Part shown: in pieces, positions 26,959 through 35,895 of the stretch
How the letters are laid out: the number at the start of each line of letters is the position of its first letter
Numbering within the stretch: the stretch's first letter is position 1
Notes under the pieces: model-generated
What the model was told of the DNA's origin: nothing
The model's input: only the letters and a program-made list of their open reading frames with translations
The model's database searches: none
Origin: Planctomycetota bacterium
GTDB taxonomy: Bacteria > Planctomycetota > JACQVV01 > JASMLP01
Assembly (NCBI GenBank): GCA_030748635.1
Contig: JASMLP010000135.1
Coordinates: forward strand, 11,862-75,861
Reading direction: 5' to 3'
Length of the DNA: 64,000 bases
Translations under genes and position numbers: made by a program

Positions 26959-29654
26959 TGGCACAACACTCTTATCAGCGGAAAACGTCGCCAGAAGAGC
27001 CCAAAGCTCAAATCGACACCGGAGAAATCAGCCAGAACCTCGATGACGCCATTGCGGGCCTTCAGCAAATGCGCAGCACGATTCACCGATGTGAAGAGGA
27101 ACTGGACGAACGAATACGTGCCTCAGAAACCGGTCACGAAGCGGCAATCGACGCGCTCGAGTCCATCCCTGAACAATCCCAGGAGATATTGCACTCCAGC
27201 ACTTCATCGATCGACTCCATCGCAGGCACAATCGATTCGATCAGCCTTCGCACCGAGGAGGCGTTACGAACTTTTGAACAGCATTCACGCGAAGAACAAA
27301 AGTCCTGGAACATCAAAGTTCAGGATGAAAAACGTATCCGATTAGAACTCGAAGAACGTGTTCGAGCCCTGGACACCTCACTCCATGAAGCGCTCGAACA
27401 GAAAAACGAACAATTCGAAAAGCTGACCCGACTTCAAGAGATTCTGACGCATCGAGAACTCGAAGAGCGCAAGCTCGTCGAACGGATCACCCATCTTCAG
27501 GCAGAAATCGAGAAGCTTAAATCCGAACAGAACGATTTGACCCAGGATTTGCAGCGTTCTCAGATCCAACTCGAGGAATCCAATCGATCTCGATCCCAAC
27601 TTGAAAATCGACTTTCTGAAAAAGAGAGCGAACTGGATGAATCGAGGAAGCGCCTCGCTCAATTTCTGGCCGAAACCGAGGCCTCCGGACGCCCCCCAAC
27701 CGAGATCCAAATAGAGCCCACAGAAACACGCTCCGAAATTTTTGCCCTCGAGGAGAAGTACAAAAACAGTGAGGAAAAGATTCTCACCCTCACCGAAGAG
27801 CGCAACCGACTCCTGACGGAAAAAGCCAAACTCGAAAATGATCTTTCGCTTTTGCAAGCACAGGAGGCTCTCTCCCCTCCGCCGACCTCCGCCGACAAAG
27901 CCCTGCCTCCTTCAAGCACTCCCGAAGCCCAAGTCGCCCCCTACGCCCCCTCAGAAGGTGAAACAGAAGACCCGGTAGAGGAGCGAGACTTCACCCGCGA
28001 ACAGATTCATCACCTGAACGAGCAACTCACTCGTACTGAATCGGAACGCTCCCATCTGACCGGACAAATATCCAAAATGGATCACTCCCTCAGGGAGGTC
28101 AGCGAAGAGAACCAACGACTACGCGAACGCCTCGAGCAAAGAACCGACGAACTGGATGAACTTCAGAAGACAAGCGCCGACATGCTGAACCAGTCAAACC
28201 GGCGAGAAGCGCTCTCCCATTACCAAGACCAGATCGCCAAGCTTGAGCAAGAGAGAAATTCGGACACTCAAAAAATTCAGGACCTCGAAAGTCGCCTCCA
28301 AAATACCGACCAAGAGCGCGAAGAATCCTCTCGCGACCTGAATGCGACCAAAGAAACATTGCTCAATGTTTTGCGCAAAAAAGTGGACCTTGAAGTCCAG
28401 GTCCGAAAGATGCGGAATCAATCCGATCAGTTTCAGGAATTAAAGCAACAGTTCAACACGAGTCGGCATGAACGCGGCCTGGCAACCACACGCGCGAATA
28501 CCCTCAACGCCCTTCTCGCCAAGACTTTACAGAAGAAGAAAGAACTCGAACAAGAGCTACACCGTTTGCGTTCCGAACTTGAAACCAAAACCGAAGATCT
28601 GGAGCAGAATGCCAGCGGCATCGATCTTCTCCGAAACCGAGTTTCATCTCTCCAGAAAGATCGCCGTGAAGCGTCGAAGCGAGCCAACGTCCTCGAAAAG
28701 CAACTCGGCAAGAAATTTCCCGCCATGGCAGAAGCCGCCAAGATTGGGCAAGAACTCATCGAGGGCGACACTTTCAAAAAGCTTGTTTTCACTTTCGACT
28801 TTCTCTGGGACTCTCAGCAAGGATATCCACTACTGGATGTTCAGGGCCTTGGCGCCATCATTCGCAGAATCAGCGAAGGCTTGAGGCGAGACCCAGCCGG
28901 TGTTCTCGAAAGAACCAACTACACCGGACGAGGGTACCTGAAGGGACACAGCCTCGAGGTTGCCAAGCTTTCCGTCTATATCGGTATGCATCTGGGTTAT
29001 CAAGCGTCCAACCTTGAAGTCATAGGAATCGCGGCTTTGTTGCACGACCTTGGCATGATTCAGGTTCCCAGGTCTATTCTCGACAAATCCACCTCGCTGG
29101 ACGACTCCGACCGGGAAGTCATCCACAAGCATTGTGCGGCCAGCGCCTCGATTTTTCGGGAACTCGAAGTCGAAGCCAATCTTCCCTCGCAGATCGTAGC
29201 CCGAGTGATCGAAGAACACCACGAGAGGATGGATGGCAGCGGTTATCCCAACCAGAAAAAAGGCGATGAAATCCACCCATTCAGCCGCATCATCAGCATT
29301 GCAGATGCCTACACTGCCATGATTTCTCGTCGTCCTCACCGGGAAGCGATGCTTCCTCATGATGCACTCCGGACCATTCAGCAAGAAGCCCAAAGCGGGG
29401 CATTGGATCCGGAAATCGCCGAAGCTTTTACACAAGCCCTTTCCACTTTTCCCATCGGAAGCTTGGTTCAACTCTCCACCGGGGAGATCGGTATCGTTGT
29501 CACGGCCCATCCCGACGACCCCGAGCGGCCTGTCGTCCGCTTAACGGAAGGGGAAGATGGGAAACTTCTCGAACACCCCATCTACACCGATCTTTCCAAC
29601 GACCGCAGCCTTTCCATTCGGCGACCGATCGACCCTCGTTCGATCCGTTCTTGA
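26958..29654 (+). CDS. Long coiled-coil protein with C-terminal HD-GYP domain (putative c-di-GMP phosphodiesterase)
   Basis: 898 aa. About 600 aa of SMC-like coiled coil are followed by an HD domain (LLHDLGMIQVP) and HHERMDGSGYP, i.e. the HD-GYP signature. Confidence 0.8.
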   Translation: MAQHSYQRKTSPEEPKAQIDTGEISQNLDDAIAGLQQMRSTIHRCEEELDERIRASETGHEAAIDALESIPEQSQEILHSSTSSIDSIAGTIDSISLRTEEALRTFEQHSREEQKSWNIKVQDEKRIRLELEERVRALDTSLHEALEQKNEQFEKLTRLQEILTHRELEERKLVERITHLQAEIEKLKSEQNDLTQDLQRSQIQLEESNRSRSQLENRLSEKESELDESRKRLAQFLAETEASGRPPTEIQIEPTETRSEIFALEEKYKNSEEKILTLTEERNRLLTEKAKLENDLSLLQAQEALSPPPTSADKALPPSSTPEAQVAPYAPSEGETEDPVEERDFTREQIHHLNEQLTRTESERSHLTGQISKMDHSLREVSEENQRLRERLEQRTDELDELQKTSADMLNQSNRREALSHYQDQIAKLEQERNSDTQKIQDLESRLQNTDQEREESSRDLNATKETLLNVLRKKVDLEVQVRKMRNQSDQFQELKQQFNTSRHERGLATTRANTLNALLAKTLQKKKELEQELHRLRSELETKTEDLEQNASGIDLLRNRVSSLQKDRREASKRANVLEKQLGKKFPAMAEAAKIGQELIEGDTFKKLVFTFDFLWDSQQGYPLLDVQGLGAIIRRISEGLRRDPAGVLERTNYTGRGYLKGHSLEVAKLSVYIGMHLGYQASNLEVIGIAALLHDLGMIQVPRSILDKSTSLDDSDREVIHKHCAASASIFRELEVEANLPSQIVARVIEEHHERMDGSGYPNQKKGDEIHPFSRIISIADAYTAMISRRPHREAMLPHDALRTIQQEAQSGALDPEIAEAFTQALSTFPIGSLVQLSTGEIGIVVTAHPDDPERPVVRLTEGEDGKLLEHPIYTDLSNDRSLSIRRPIDPRSIRS

Positions 29655-29798
29655 AACGAATCGAATCAAGCACGGTCTTGTCGCCAAGGACCGAATGGGC
29701 TAAAGTGAATTCATCGTTAATTTAGAGGTGTTTTTTACCTCAGGGGTTGTCCGGAACGTCCTGTTTCCGGATGGGAGTTATTAGGGAGAATTGGACAT

Positions 29799-31100
29799 AT
29801 GCACGTAGATTGCATGCGTGCTTGGGAAGCGGTGCTTGTTGCCATCGAGGTCGAACTCGGCGAGGCCCCCACCCATCTGTGGTTCGCGAATAGTCAACTC
29901 ATCTTGAGTGAGAATGATGAACTTCGGATATTGTTTCCGAATGCGTTCACTCGTGACTGGGTTCAACGCAATCACCTTCACAGAATCGAGCGACTTCTGG
30001 AAACGGTTCTCGGTCATTCAGTGCATGTCTCCTTTGGCCTGAACGAAACCCCACTCCCATCTCGTTCTTCGACACAAACCAGGAACCGGTCTCCAAGGAA
30101 CCGAAAACGCTGGAATCTTCAGGTAGAGCCCATTGCTGGCCCCTTCAACCAGGTCGCACTTTCATCCCTGCGTCACGCTCTGGAATTTCCCGGAGAAACC
30201 CAACCCATTTTGATCTACGGGGAAAACGGGTTGGGAAAAACCACTCTTCTGGACTGGTACGCAAGGGCCCTGAAATTTCGCCATCCTGGGTGGAGAATCA
30301 AACACCTTCGTGGCTCCACATACTCCCGTCGCTTCCAGCAAGCCCTCGTAGCGGGACAAATCCGGACCTTCCGACAAGTCTACCGGAAACTGGACGCGCT
30401 TCTTGTAGACGATATCCACGAACTATGCGGCAAGATGGGCACTCAACAAGAACTCATCCACACAATGGACCACCTGATCCGGCGTCAAGCCCCTATCCTT
30501 TTCACCAGTCGACATCAGCCCACAGATCTGGAACTGTTCTCTGAACCGTTACGGTGTCGCTTGCGAGGGGGACTTTCTCTCCCCATCGAACGCCCATGCC
30601 CTCAATCCATTCGGGATTACTTGAGCATTCGCTGCGGTTCCTCCGGCATCCACTTGGATTCTGAAGTCCTGGATTATCTATCGGAACAATTCAGAGGCCC
30701 ATTCTCACAGATCGACCATCTTGTCAAACACCTCTCTACTTTGAGTCAACAAAGTAATCGCCCTCCAGGAAAACGTATCGTCAAACGCGCGATCGAACTG
30801 TACATGGAACGGATCGAGAATCGGACTCTGGCTGGGATTTGCCGGATTACGGCTGAATTCTTTTCTTTCGATGTAGAATATTTGCGCGGTCGAACTCGTG
30901 AACGATCAATCACCTCTGCCCGAAGAGTCGCCATGTATCTGGCATCTGAACTCACGGAAGCCTCTCCTCGCGAAATCGGACGATATTTTAGCGATCGATC
31001 CCCTGCTACCGTGAAAGGAGCTTGTCGATGGGTTCGCTCTCACTTGAAGCAGGATTCTGCCTTTCGTGAACAGTGTAACGCCCTTCGAAAGATCCTCTGA
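29799..31100 (+). CDS. dnaA: Chromosomal replication initiator DnaA (divergent)
   Basis: Domain I-like N-terminus (LWFANSQLILSENDELRILFPNAFTRDWVQ). AAA+ core with Walker A GENGLGKTTLL and Walker B LLVDDIHEL. Domain IV reads SARRVAMYLASELTEASPREIGRYFSDRSPATV. Confidence 0.7.
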   Translation: MHVDCMRAWEAVLVAIEVELGEAPTHLWFANSQLILSENDELRILFPNAFTRDWVQRNHLHRIERLLETVLGHSVHVSFGLNETPLPSRSSTQTRNRSPRNRKRWNLQVEPIAGPFNQVALSSLRHALEFPGETQPILIYGENGLGKTTLLDWYARALKFRHPGWRIKHLRGSTYSRRFQQALVAGQIRTFRQVYRKLDALLVDDIHELCGKMGTQQELIHTMDHLIRRQAPILFTSRHQPTDLELFSEPLRCRLRGGLSLPIERPCPQSIRDYLSIRCGSSGIHLDSEVLDYLSEQFRGPFSQIDHLVKHLSTLSQQSNRPPGKRIVKRAIELYMERIENRTLAGICRITAEFFSFDVEYLRGRTRERSITSARRVAMYLASELTEASPREIGRYFSDRSPATVKGACRWVRSHLKQDSAFREQCNALRKIL

Positions 31101-31238
31101 ATCCAGAGAATTGAAGCCCTTGCGATTCACAGATAGACTTGAAGTGTCGAAGCGCGAGGGGACCAGATCCGTCCACTTTTCCCTAGACGATTCCTTGCGC
31201 CGAATATCCCTCGTTTTTACCTAACAAAAGGCTCAATA

Positions 31239-32261
31239 TTGACCCCAACCACCCTGAACCATCTTCCGCATGTATGCGGCCACCAGACAGCCATCGATGG
31301 CCTCCTCCGCGCTTTTACTGAAAAGAATCTGCCTCCCGCAATCATCTTTTCGGGTCCGAAAGGGGTTGGAAAACGCCATCTTGCCCAAGTTCTGGCGAGT
31401 ACGATTTGTTGCCCCAATGCGCCAGAACAGGAACCTGAACCTTGTCCCCAATGTCAGCGTATGCTGTCGTCACGTCACCCAGACCTCCTACTCATTCAGC
31501 GTCCTCCTGATCGCCGTAACATCTCGATCAAAGATATACGTTCCTGCCTCCAGCAAATGCAGGAACGTCCCTGGGAGGCTCCCTATCGGATCGCAATCAT
31601 TGATGGGGTTGAAGACCTCTCGCTCCCCGCCGCCAACTGTCTTCTCAAAAGCCTTGAAGAGCCACAAACTTCCCAAATGTATTTGCTAATCACCCAATCC
31701 ATCCAGCGTACCCTAGCGACTATCCGCTCTCGATGTACGGAGGTCCCACTCGGTCCCATACCAGAAAATGAACTGATCCACTTTCTCCAAAATCGACACC
31801 ACATTAGCCTGGACCAAGCGACCCAAGCCGCCCAATCGAGTAAAGGGATTTTTCAACTAGCCCTGGAATCTTGTGACCAGGAACTTCGAGAAAATCGAAA
31901 AAAGCTTTTCGAACACTTGATTCGTTTCGAGTCGCATCCGGAATTCGCCGAAACCCTGATAGGTGAGATGAGGGGCCGTTCCAACGAAGAGCAACGCCAC
32001 GAAACCATCGCTCTGCTCAACCACCTCCTTGAAAAACTTCGCCTTGGCATTCGAGCATCCTTTCTGGGCGAAACCTTCGGCGACTCAGGAACAAAATCAC
32101 GTATCGACCACGCTCATTGGAGACAACTCTGCCATGTAGTAGAAAAGGTCTGCGAAGCGATCGCCGCTCTCACCGCAGGCGCTGCGACTCTGCTTACTCT
32201 TGAATCTCTGATCTTGGACCTGAACAATATCCTTCCCGCAAACATGGGGAGAACCGCATGA
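31239..32261 (+). CDS. holB: DNA polymerase III delta-prime subunit
   Basis: GPKGVGKRHLA, a zinc module (CCPNAPEQEPEPCPQCQ), LLKSLEEPQ and TIRSRC are present. Confidence 0.85.
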   Translation: MTPTTLNHLPHVCGHQTAIDGLLRAFTEKNLPPAIIFSGPKGVGKRHLAQVLASTICCPNAPEQEPEPCPQCQRMLSSRHPDLLLIQRPPDRRNISIKDIRSCLQQMQERPWEAPYRIAIIDGVEDLSLPAANCLLKSLEEPQTSQMYLLITQSIQRTLATIRSRCTEVPLGPIPENELIHFLQNRHHISLDQATQAAQSSKGIFQLALESCDQELRENRKKLFEHLIRFESHPEFAETLIGEMRGRSNEEQRHETIALLNHLLEKLRLGIRASFLGETFGDSGTKSRIDHAHWRQLCHVVEKVCEAIAALTAGAATLLTLESLILDLNNILPANMGRTA

Positions 32262-34687
32262 AAATGGCTACAGTCCGATTTGGCGCAATGCGACAAGTCG
32301 GTGAATTCTATTCCGAAAGTAACGAAGTCCTTCGAGGACAAAAGTGCATCATCCAGACACAAAGAGGCATTGAAGTGGGCACCGTTCTGGTAGCCACTCG
32401 CCCCGTCAAAGATCCCAGTATTCGGAAACAACAGGCAGGCAAGATCCTTCGAGTAGTCAACCAGCAAGACACCCAAAAAATCGACTTTATCGACCAGAGG
32501 GGCAAGTCGAAGGAAGCTCGGCTTTGCGAGGAAGCGATTCAGGAACTGGATTTGCAGATCAAACTCTCCTACACAGAATATCTTTTCGATCAACAAAAAG
32601 TGGTGTTCTACATTCAGTCAGAACAAAGAGTCGATCTTCGTCCACTGACATTAGCGCTTAAGGAAAAGATCCACATTCAAATCGTAATCAAACAGATTGG
32701 CGCCCGAGACGAAGCCCGACTCCTTGGGGACTGGAACGACTGCGGACGAGAACTTTGCTGCCGTAACCACCTTCAGCACCTCTCAAATGTCCCCATGAAA
32801 ATGGCGAAGAGCCAGAAAACCACCTTGGACCCGGCAAAAATATCTGGTCGCTGCGGTCGCCTCAAATGCTGCTTGCGCTACGAACACGACACCTATGTCG
32901 AGTTGAAACAACGCCTACCCAAAAAAGGGAGCAAAGTCCGAACCCGTCACGGTATGGGTGTCGTGATAGGAACAGATGTTCTTTCTCAAATGGTTCGAGT
33001 TCAAATTCAAGGACAACCCCGTTGCCTCTTGCCCGCGACAGAAGTGCTCCCTCTGGAAAAATCAAACGCTGGAAAATCCAGGTCCAGTCAGCTTTCGGAT
33101 CAAGATCAAAAGCGATATATCACGATCCCATTTTCCAATCTTGATTCGCCTATCACATTCACAACAGCCCACGCGGCAGTGGCGGCAGACTCCTATTACC
33201 GCCACCAAAAAAGCCTTGGACACTCCCCCCACTACTTGGCGGGAATCAAAGATCACTCCCGTTCTACCCAGCAGATTTCCCGTAGTGATGTGGACGAGAT
33301 GTTCTCCCGCGGAGATGCGTATCGAAATCAATTTCAAAAGCAGATGGATCTTCTTCAAATCCACCCGGACAAAATATTCCGGACCAAGTCCGAGGTTCAC
33401 AAAAAAACGGTCACCGATTTTTTCCGAAAACTCATCACCAACAATGACATTTATACATGTCGTGTGGATGGCCTTCACTGCACTCGATGCCACATAGCGA
33501 TTTCACACGACCCGCACCCCACATCCGTGCCTCCAAGCCAATGCCCCGACTGCCAGGGGGAACTCGAACCCATTCATGAAGACCCTTACTTCTTCCGGCT
33601 GAAAAAGTTCGAGAAACTTATCCTCCGCCACATTCAAAACCACTCCGACTTTATCAAACCTCAATTCCTGAAAATCGAACTGGAGAACCGGATCAAATCC
33701 GGCCTTAAAGATGTCATTGTAAGTCGCCCAACGTTTGAATATGGAATCCCCATTCCCGGAGAAACCGATCAAATCATTGCCGGATGGTTTGAAGGGCTGA
33801 TCGGTTATATCTCCGCCCTCGCGGACTCGGAGAACAACCAACGCTTCCTCGATTACTGGCCGGCCCACATCCAGATGGTTCAAAGTGAAACGGTCTGGAT
33901 GCATGCGGTGGCCTGGCCCGCCATGCTCCTGGCTGGCGAAGTTTCCCTTCCTGAAAGGATCTTCGTCACCGGTGACTGGAACGTGGATATCGACTCCGAC
34001 CATCCATCTCTCCCGGCTTCGACTTCCCCCTGCGAAATAGCAGAAATCTTCGGATCCGATTCCGTTCGCTATTTCCTGCTCTCCCACGTTCCCTTTGGCA
34101 TGAACGCCGTTTTCCAGGTGAGCGAGTTCCATAAGTCCATACAGCGCAACCTGATCCATGATCTCGACGGCCTAACCCAACGGACACTTTCGCTCACACA
34201 AAAGGTCTTTCACGGCACCATTCCTGACCCGGAAGGGTATGACGGCGATCCAGAAATAAGATCACTCGGCGAGCAGCTTTGCAAAGATATCCGTGAAAAT
34301 ATCGCAACTCTCCAGTTCAGTCGCATTCTCGACGAATTCGGCCATACCGTTCGATCTCTCCGATATCTGCTCGAGGAGAACAAACCTTGGACCTGGCCCC
34401 AGAAGGGCCCGGAGGGACTACCGGCCCGAAAATTCTTCTATTCTCTTCTCGAGTCACTCCGTATTCTCGCCCATCAAATCGGCCCCTTTCTCCCGACGAC
34501 TTCGGCAAGGATGCTTACTCTGTTAGGGATTTCACCGGAAAGTGAACTCTCGCCATCCGATGAGAAATGGGGTCAACTCGAAGTAGGAAAAACTCTCCCG
34601 CCCCCCTCTCCTCTGTTTCCTGAGTTCGAATCCGCGAAATTCGACACTCAATCCTCCTCTAACAACCCTCTCCGCAAATCATCATGA
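32258..34687 (+). CDS. Fusion protein: N-terminal PSP1/RicT (YaaT) domain plus C-terminal methionyl-tRNA-synthetase-like module with degenerate catalytic motifs
   Basis: 809 aa. The first ~290 aa carry the PSP1 C-terminal region (GDWNDCGRELCCRNHL...GRCGRLKCCLRYE). The remainder aligns to MetRS: a Zn knuckle (CTRCH...CPDCQ), DVIVSRPTFEYGIPIPG, WFEGLIGYISAL, WPAMLLAGE, VRYFLLSH and an anticodon-binding region (RYLLEENKPWTWPQ). At the HIGH-motif position the sequence reads PITFTTAHA, and at the KMSKS position it reads DSDHPS. Confidence 0.8.
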   Translation: MKMATVRFGAMRQVGEFYSESNEVLRGQKCIIQTQRGIEVGTVLVATRPVKDPSIRKQQAGKILRVVNQQDTQKIDFIDQRGKSKEARLCEEAIQELDLQIKLSYTEYLFDQQKVVFYIQSEQRVDLRPLTLALKEKIHIQIVIKQIGARDEARLLGDWNDCGRELCCRNHLQHLSNVPMKMAKSQKTTLDPAKISGRCGRLKCCLRYEHDTYVELKQRLPKKGSKVRTRHGMGVVIGTDVLSQMVRVQIQGQPRCLLPATEVLPLEKSNAGKSRSSQLSDQDQKRYITIPFSNLDSPITFTTAHAAVAADSYYRHQKSLGHSPHYLAGIKDHSRSTQQISRSDVDEMFSRGDAYRNQFQKQMDLLQIHPDKIFRTKSEVHKKTVTDFFRKLITNNDIYTCRVDGLHCTRCHIAISHDPHPTSVPPSQCPDCQGELEPIHEDPYFFRLKKFEKLILRHIQNHSDFIKPQFLKIELENRIKSGLKDVIVSRPTFEYGIPIPGETDQIIAGWFEGLIGYISALADSENNQRFLDYWPAHIQMVQSETVWMHAVAWPAMLLAGEVSLPERIFVTGDWNVDIDSDHPSLPASTSPCEIAEIFGSDSVRYFLLSHVPFGMNAVFQVSEFHKSIQRNLIHDLDGLTQRTLSLTQKVFHGTIPDPEGYDGDPEIRSLGEQLCKDIRENIATLQFSRILDEFGHTVRSLRYLLEENKPWTWPQKGPEGLPARKFFYSLLESLRILAHQIGPFLPTTSARMLTLLGISPESELSPSDEKWGQLEVGKTLPPPSPLFPEFESAKFDTQSSSNNPLRKSS

Positions 34688-35106
34688 GTGACGAACTCTA
34701 CGAACGACTGATCGCCATAACCCGCTCCGATCGACGCTTTCACCCCAGGTCCTACGAATTCATTTTCGAAGCTTTGGAATATACGATCCGACATCGCGAT
34801 ACCGGTGGTCATGTTTCTGGTCATGAACTACTCGAAGGTATTCGAGAATTTGCCCTGCAAGAGTTCGGATTCCTTTCGCGCGCCGTCTTCGAAATGTGGG
34901 GGATCCACTGCACTGAAGATTTCGGTCATATCGTTTTCAATCTCGTCGACCACAATTTGATGCGAAAAACAGATCAAGATTCGCTCGATGACTTCCGGGA
35001 TGGGTACGATTTTCTCGAAGCCTTTGACGCTGAATTCCAACCCGATTTGTCCACCGTGACCCTGGAACCGCCGACCCTATCTCCGCAGGGTCCACTTTAC
35101 GATTGA
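34684..35106 (+). CDS. Small conserved hypothetical protein (acidic, His-rich)
   Basis: 140 aa, coupled by 4-nt overlaps to both of its neighbours. No enzymatic motif recognised. Confidence 0.5.
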   Translation: MSDELYERLIAITRSDRRFHPRSYEFIFEALEYTIRHRDTGGHVSGHELLEGIREFALQEFGFLSRAVFEMWGIHCTEDFGHIVFNLVDHNLMRKTDQDSLDDFRDGYDFLEAFDAEFQPDLSTVTLEPPTLSPQGPLYD

Positions 35107-35873
35107 TCAACCCCCGACCCAACCTCTCGGGGCTCCAGGCGCCTTCGCTGGAGAAATACGGATTCCGACTGACCCTTACCGGTCGAAATGAAGGCAACCT
35201 GGCCCTGCATATCCCCTGCGATACGAGTCAAGTTATCCAAGCTCGACAACGAGTACTCGAACGACTCGGACTCTCCCTAGCAAATATCGCCATTGCTCAG
35301 CAAGTCCACAGCGCCCGCGTCGCACTCATAGGCCCTTCCCATGCTGGAGCCGGGGGGATGCAGGCAAGTTCAGCGATCCCCAATGTGGATGGGCTTATCA
35401 CGTCTTCAGGCGGCCCCACTCTGATGGCCTTCTCAGCGGACTGTCCACTGATTGCAATCGTCCACCCAGAAACCGGTTCCCGGGCTCTTCTGCATTCGGG
35501 TCGCCTTGGAACTCTTCATGAGATTTCCATCCAGGCTGTTCTCCACCTTCAAAAAATAACTCTGGGGAATCCAGAGTCTTTTCACGCCATTATTGGGCCC
35601 GGAATCTGTCGCGATTGTTATCCTCTTGGACAAGATACCGCCCAGGAATTCATCGATTCGAGATGGTCCAATCACCTACACCAGACTCGTTCAGACCCTC
35701 CTAAACTCGACCTACGAGCTTGCATCCGAAATCAATTGCAATTCGTTGGAATTCCGGATAACAAAATCGAAATGCTGGGGCCTTGCACATCCTGCCGAAA
35801 TGACCTGTTTTTCAGTTATCGCGCGGACGGTCCCCAAACCGGACGATTCGCCGCCATCCTGCAAAGCCTGTAG
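35103..35873 (+). CDS. pgeF: YfiH/PgeF-family (DUF152) purine nucleoside phosphorylase / peptidoglycan editing factor
   Basis: QQVHSARV, SADCPLIAIVHP, LHSGRLG and GPGICRDCY are conserved metal-ligand regions of the YfiH family. Confidence 0.8.
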   Translation: MINPRPNLSGLQAPSLEKYGFRLTLTGRNEGNLALHIPCDTSQVIQARQRVLERLGLSLANIAIAQQVHSARVALIGPSHAGAGGMQASSAIPNVDGLITSSGGPTLMAFSADCPLIAIVHPETGSRALLHSGRLGTLHEISIQAVLHLQKITLGNPESFHAIIGPGICRDCYPLGQDTAQEFIDSRWSNHLHQTRSDPPKLDLRACIRNQLQFVGIPDNKIEMLGPCTSCRNDLFFSYRADGPQTGRFAAILQSL

Positions 35874-35895
35874 ACCCCAACCTCTCTCCTAAGAT

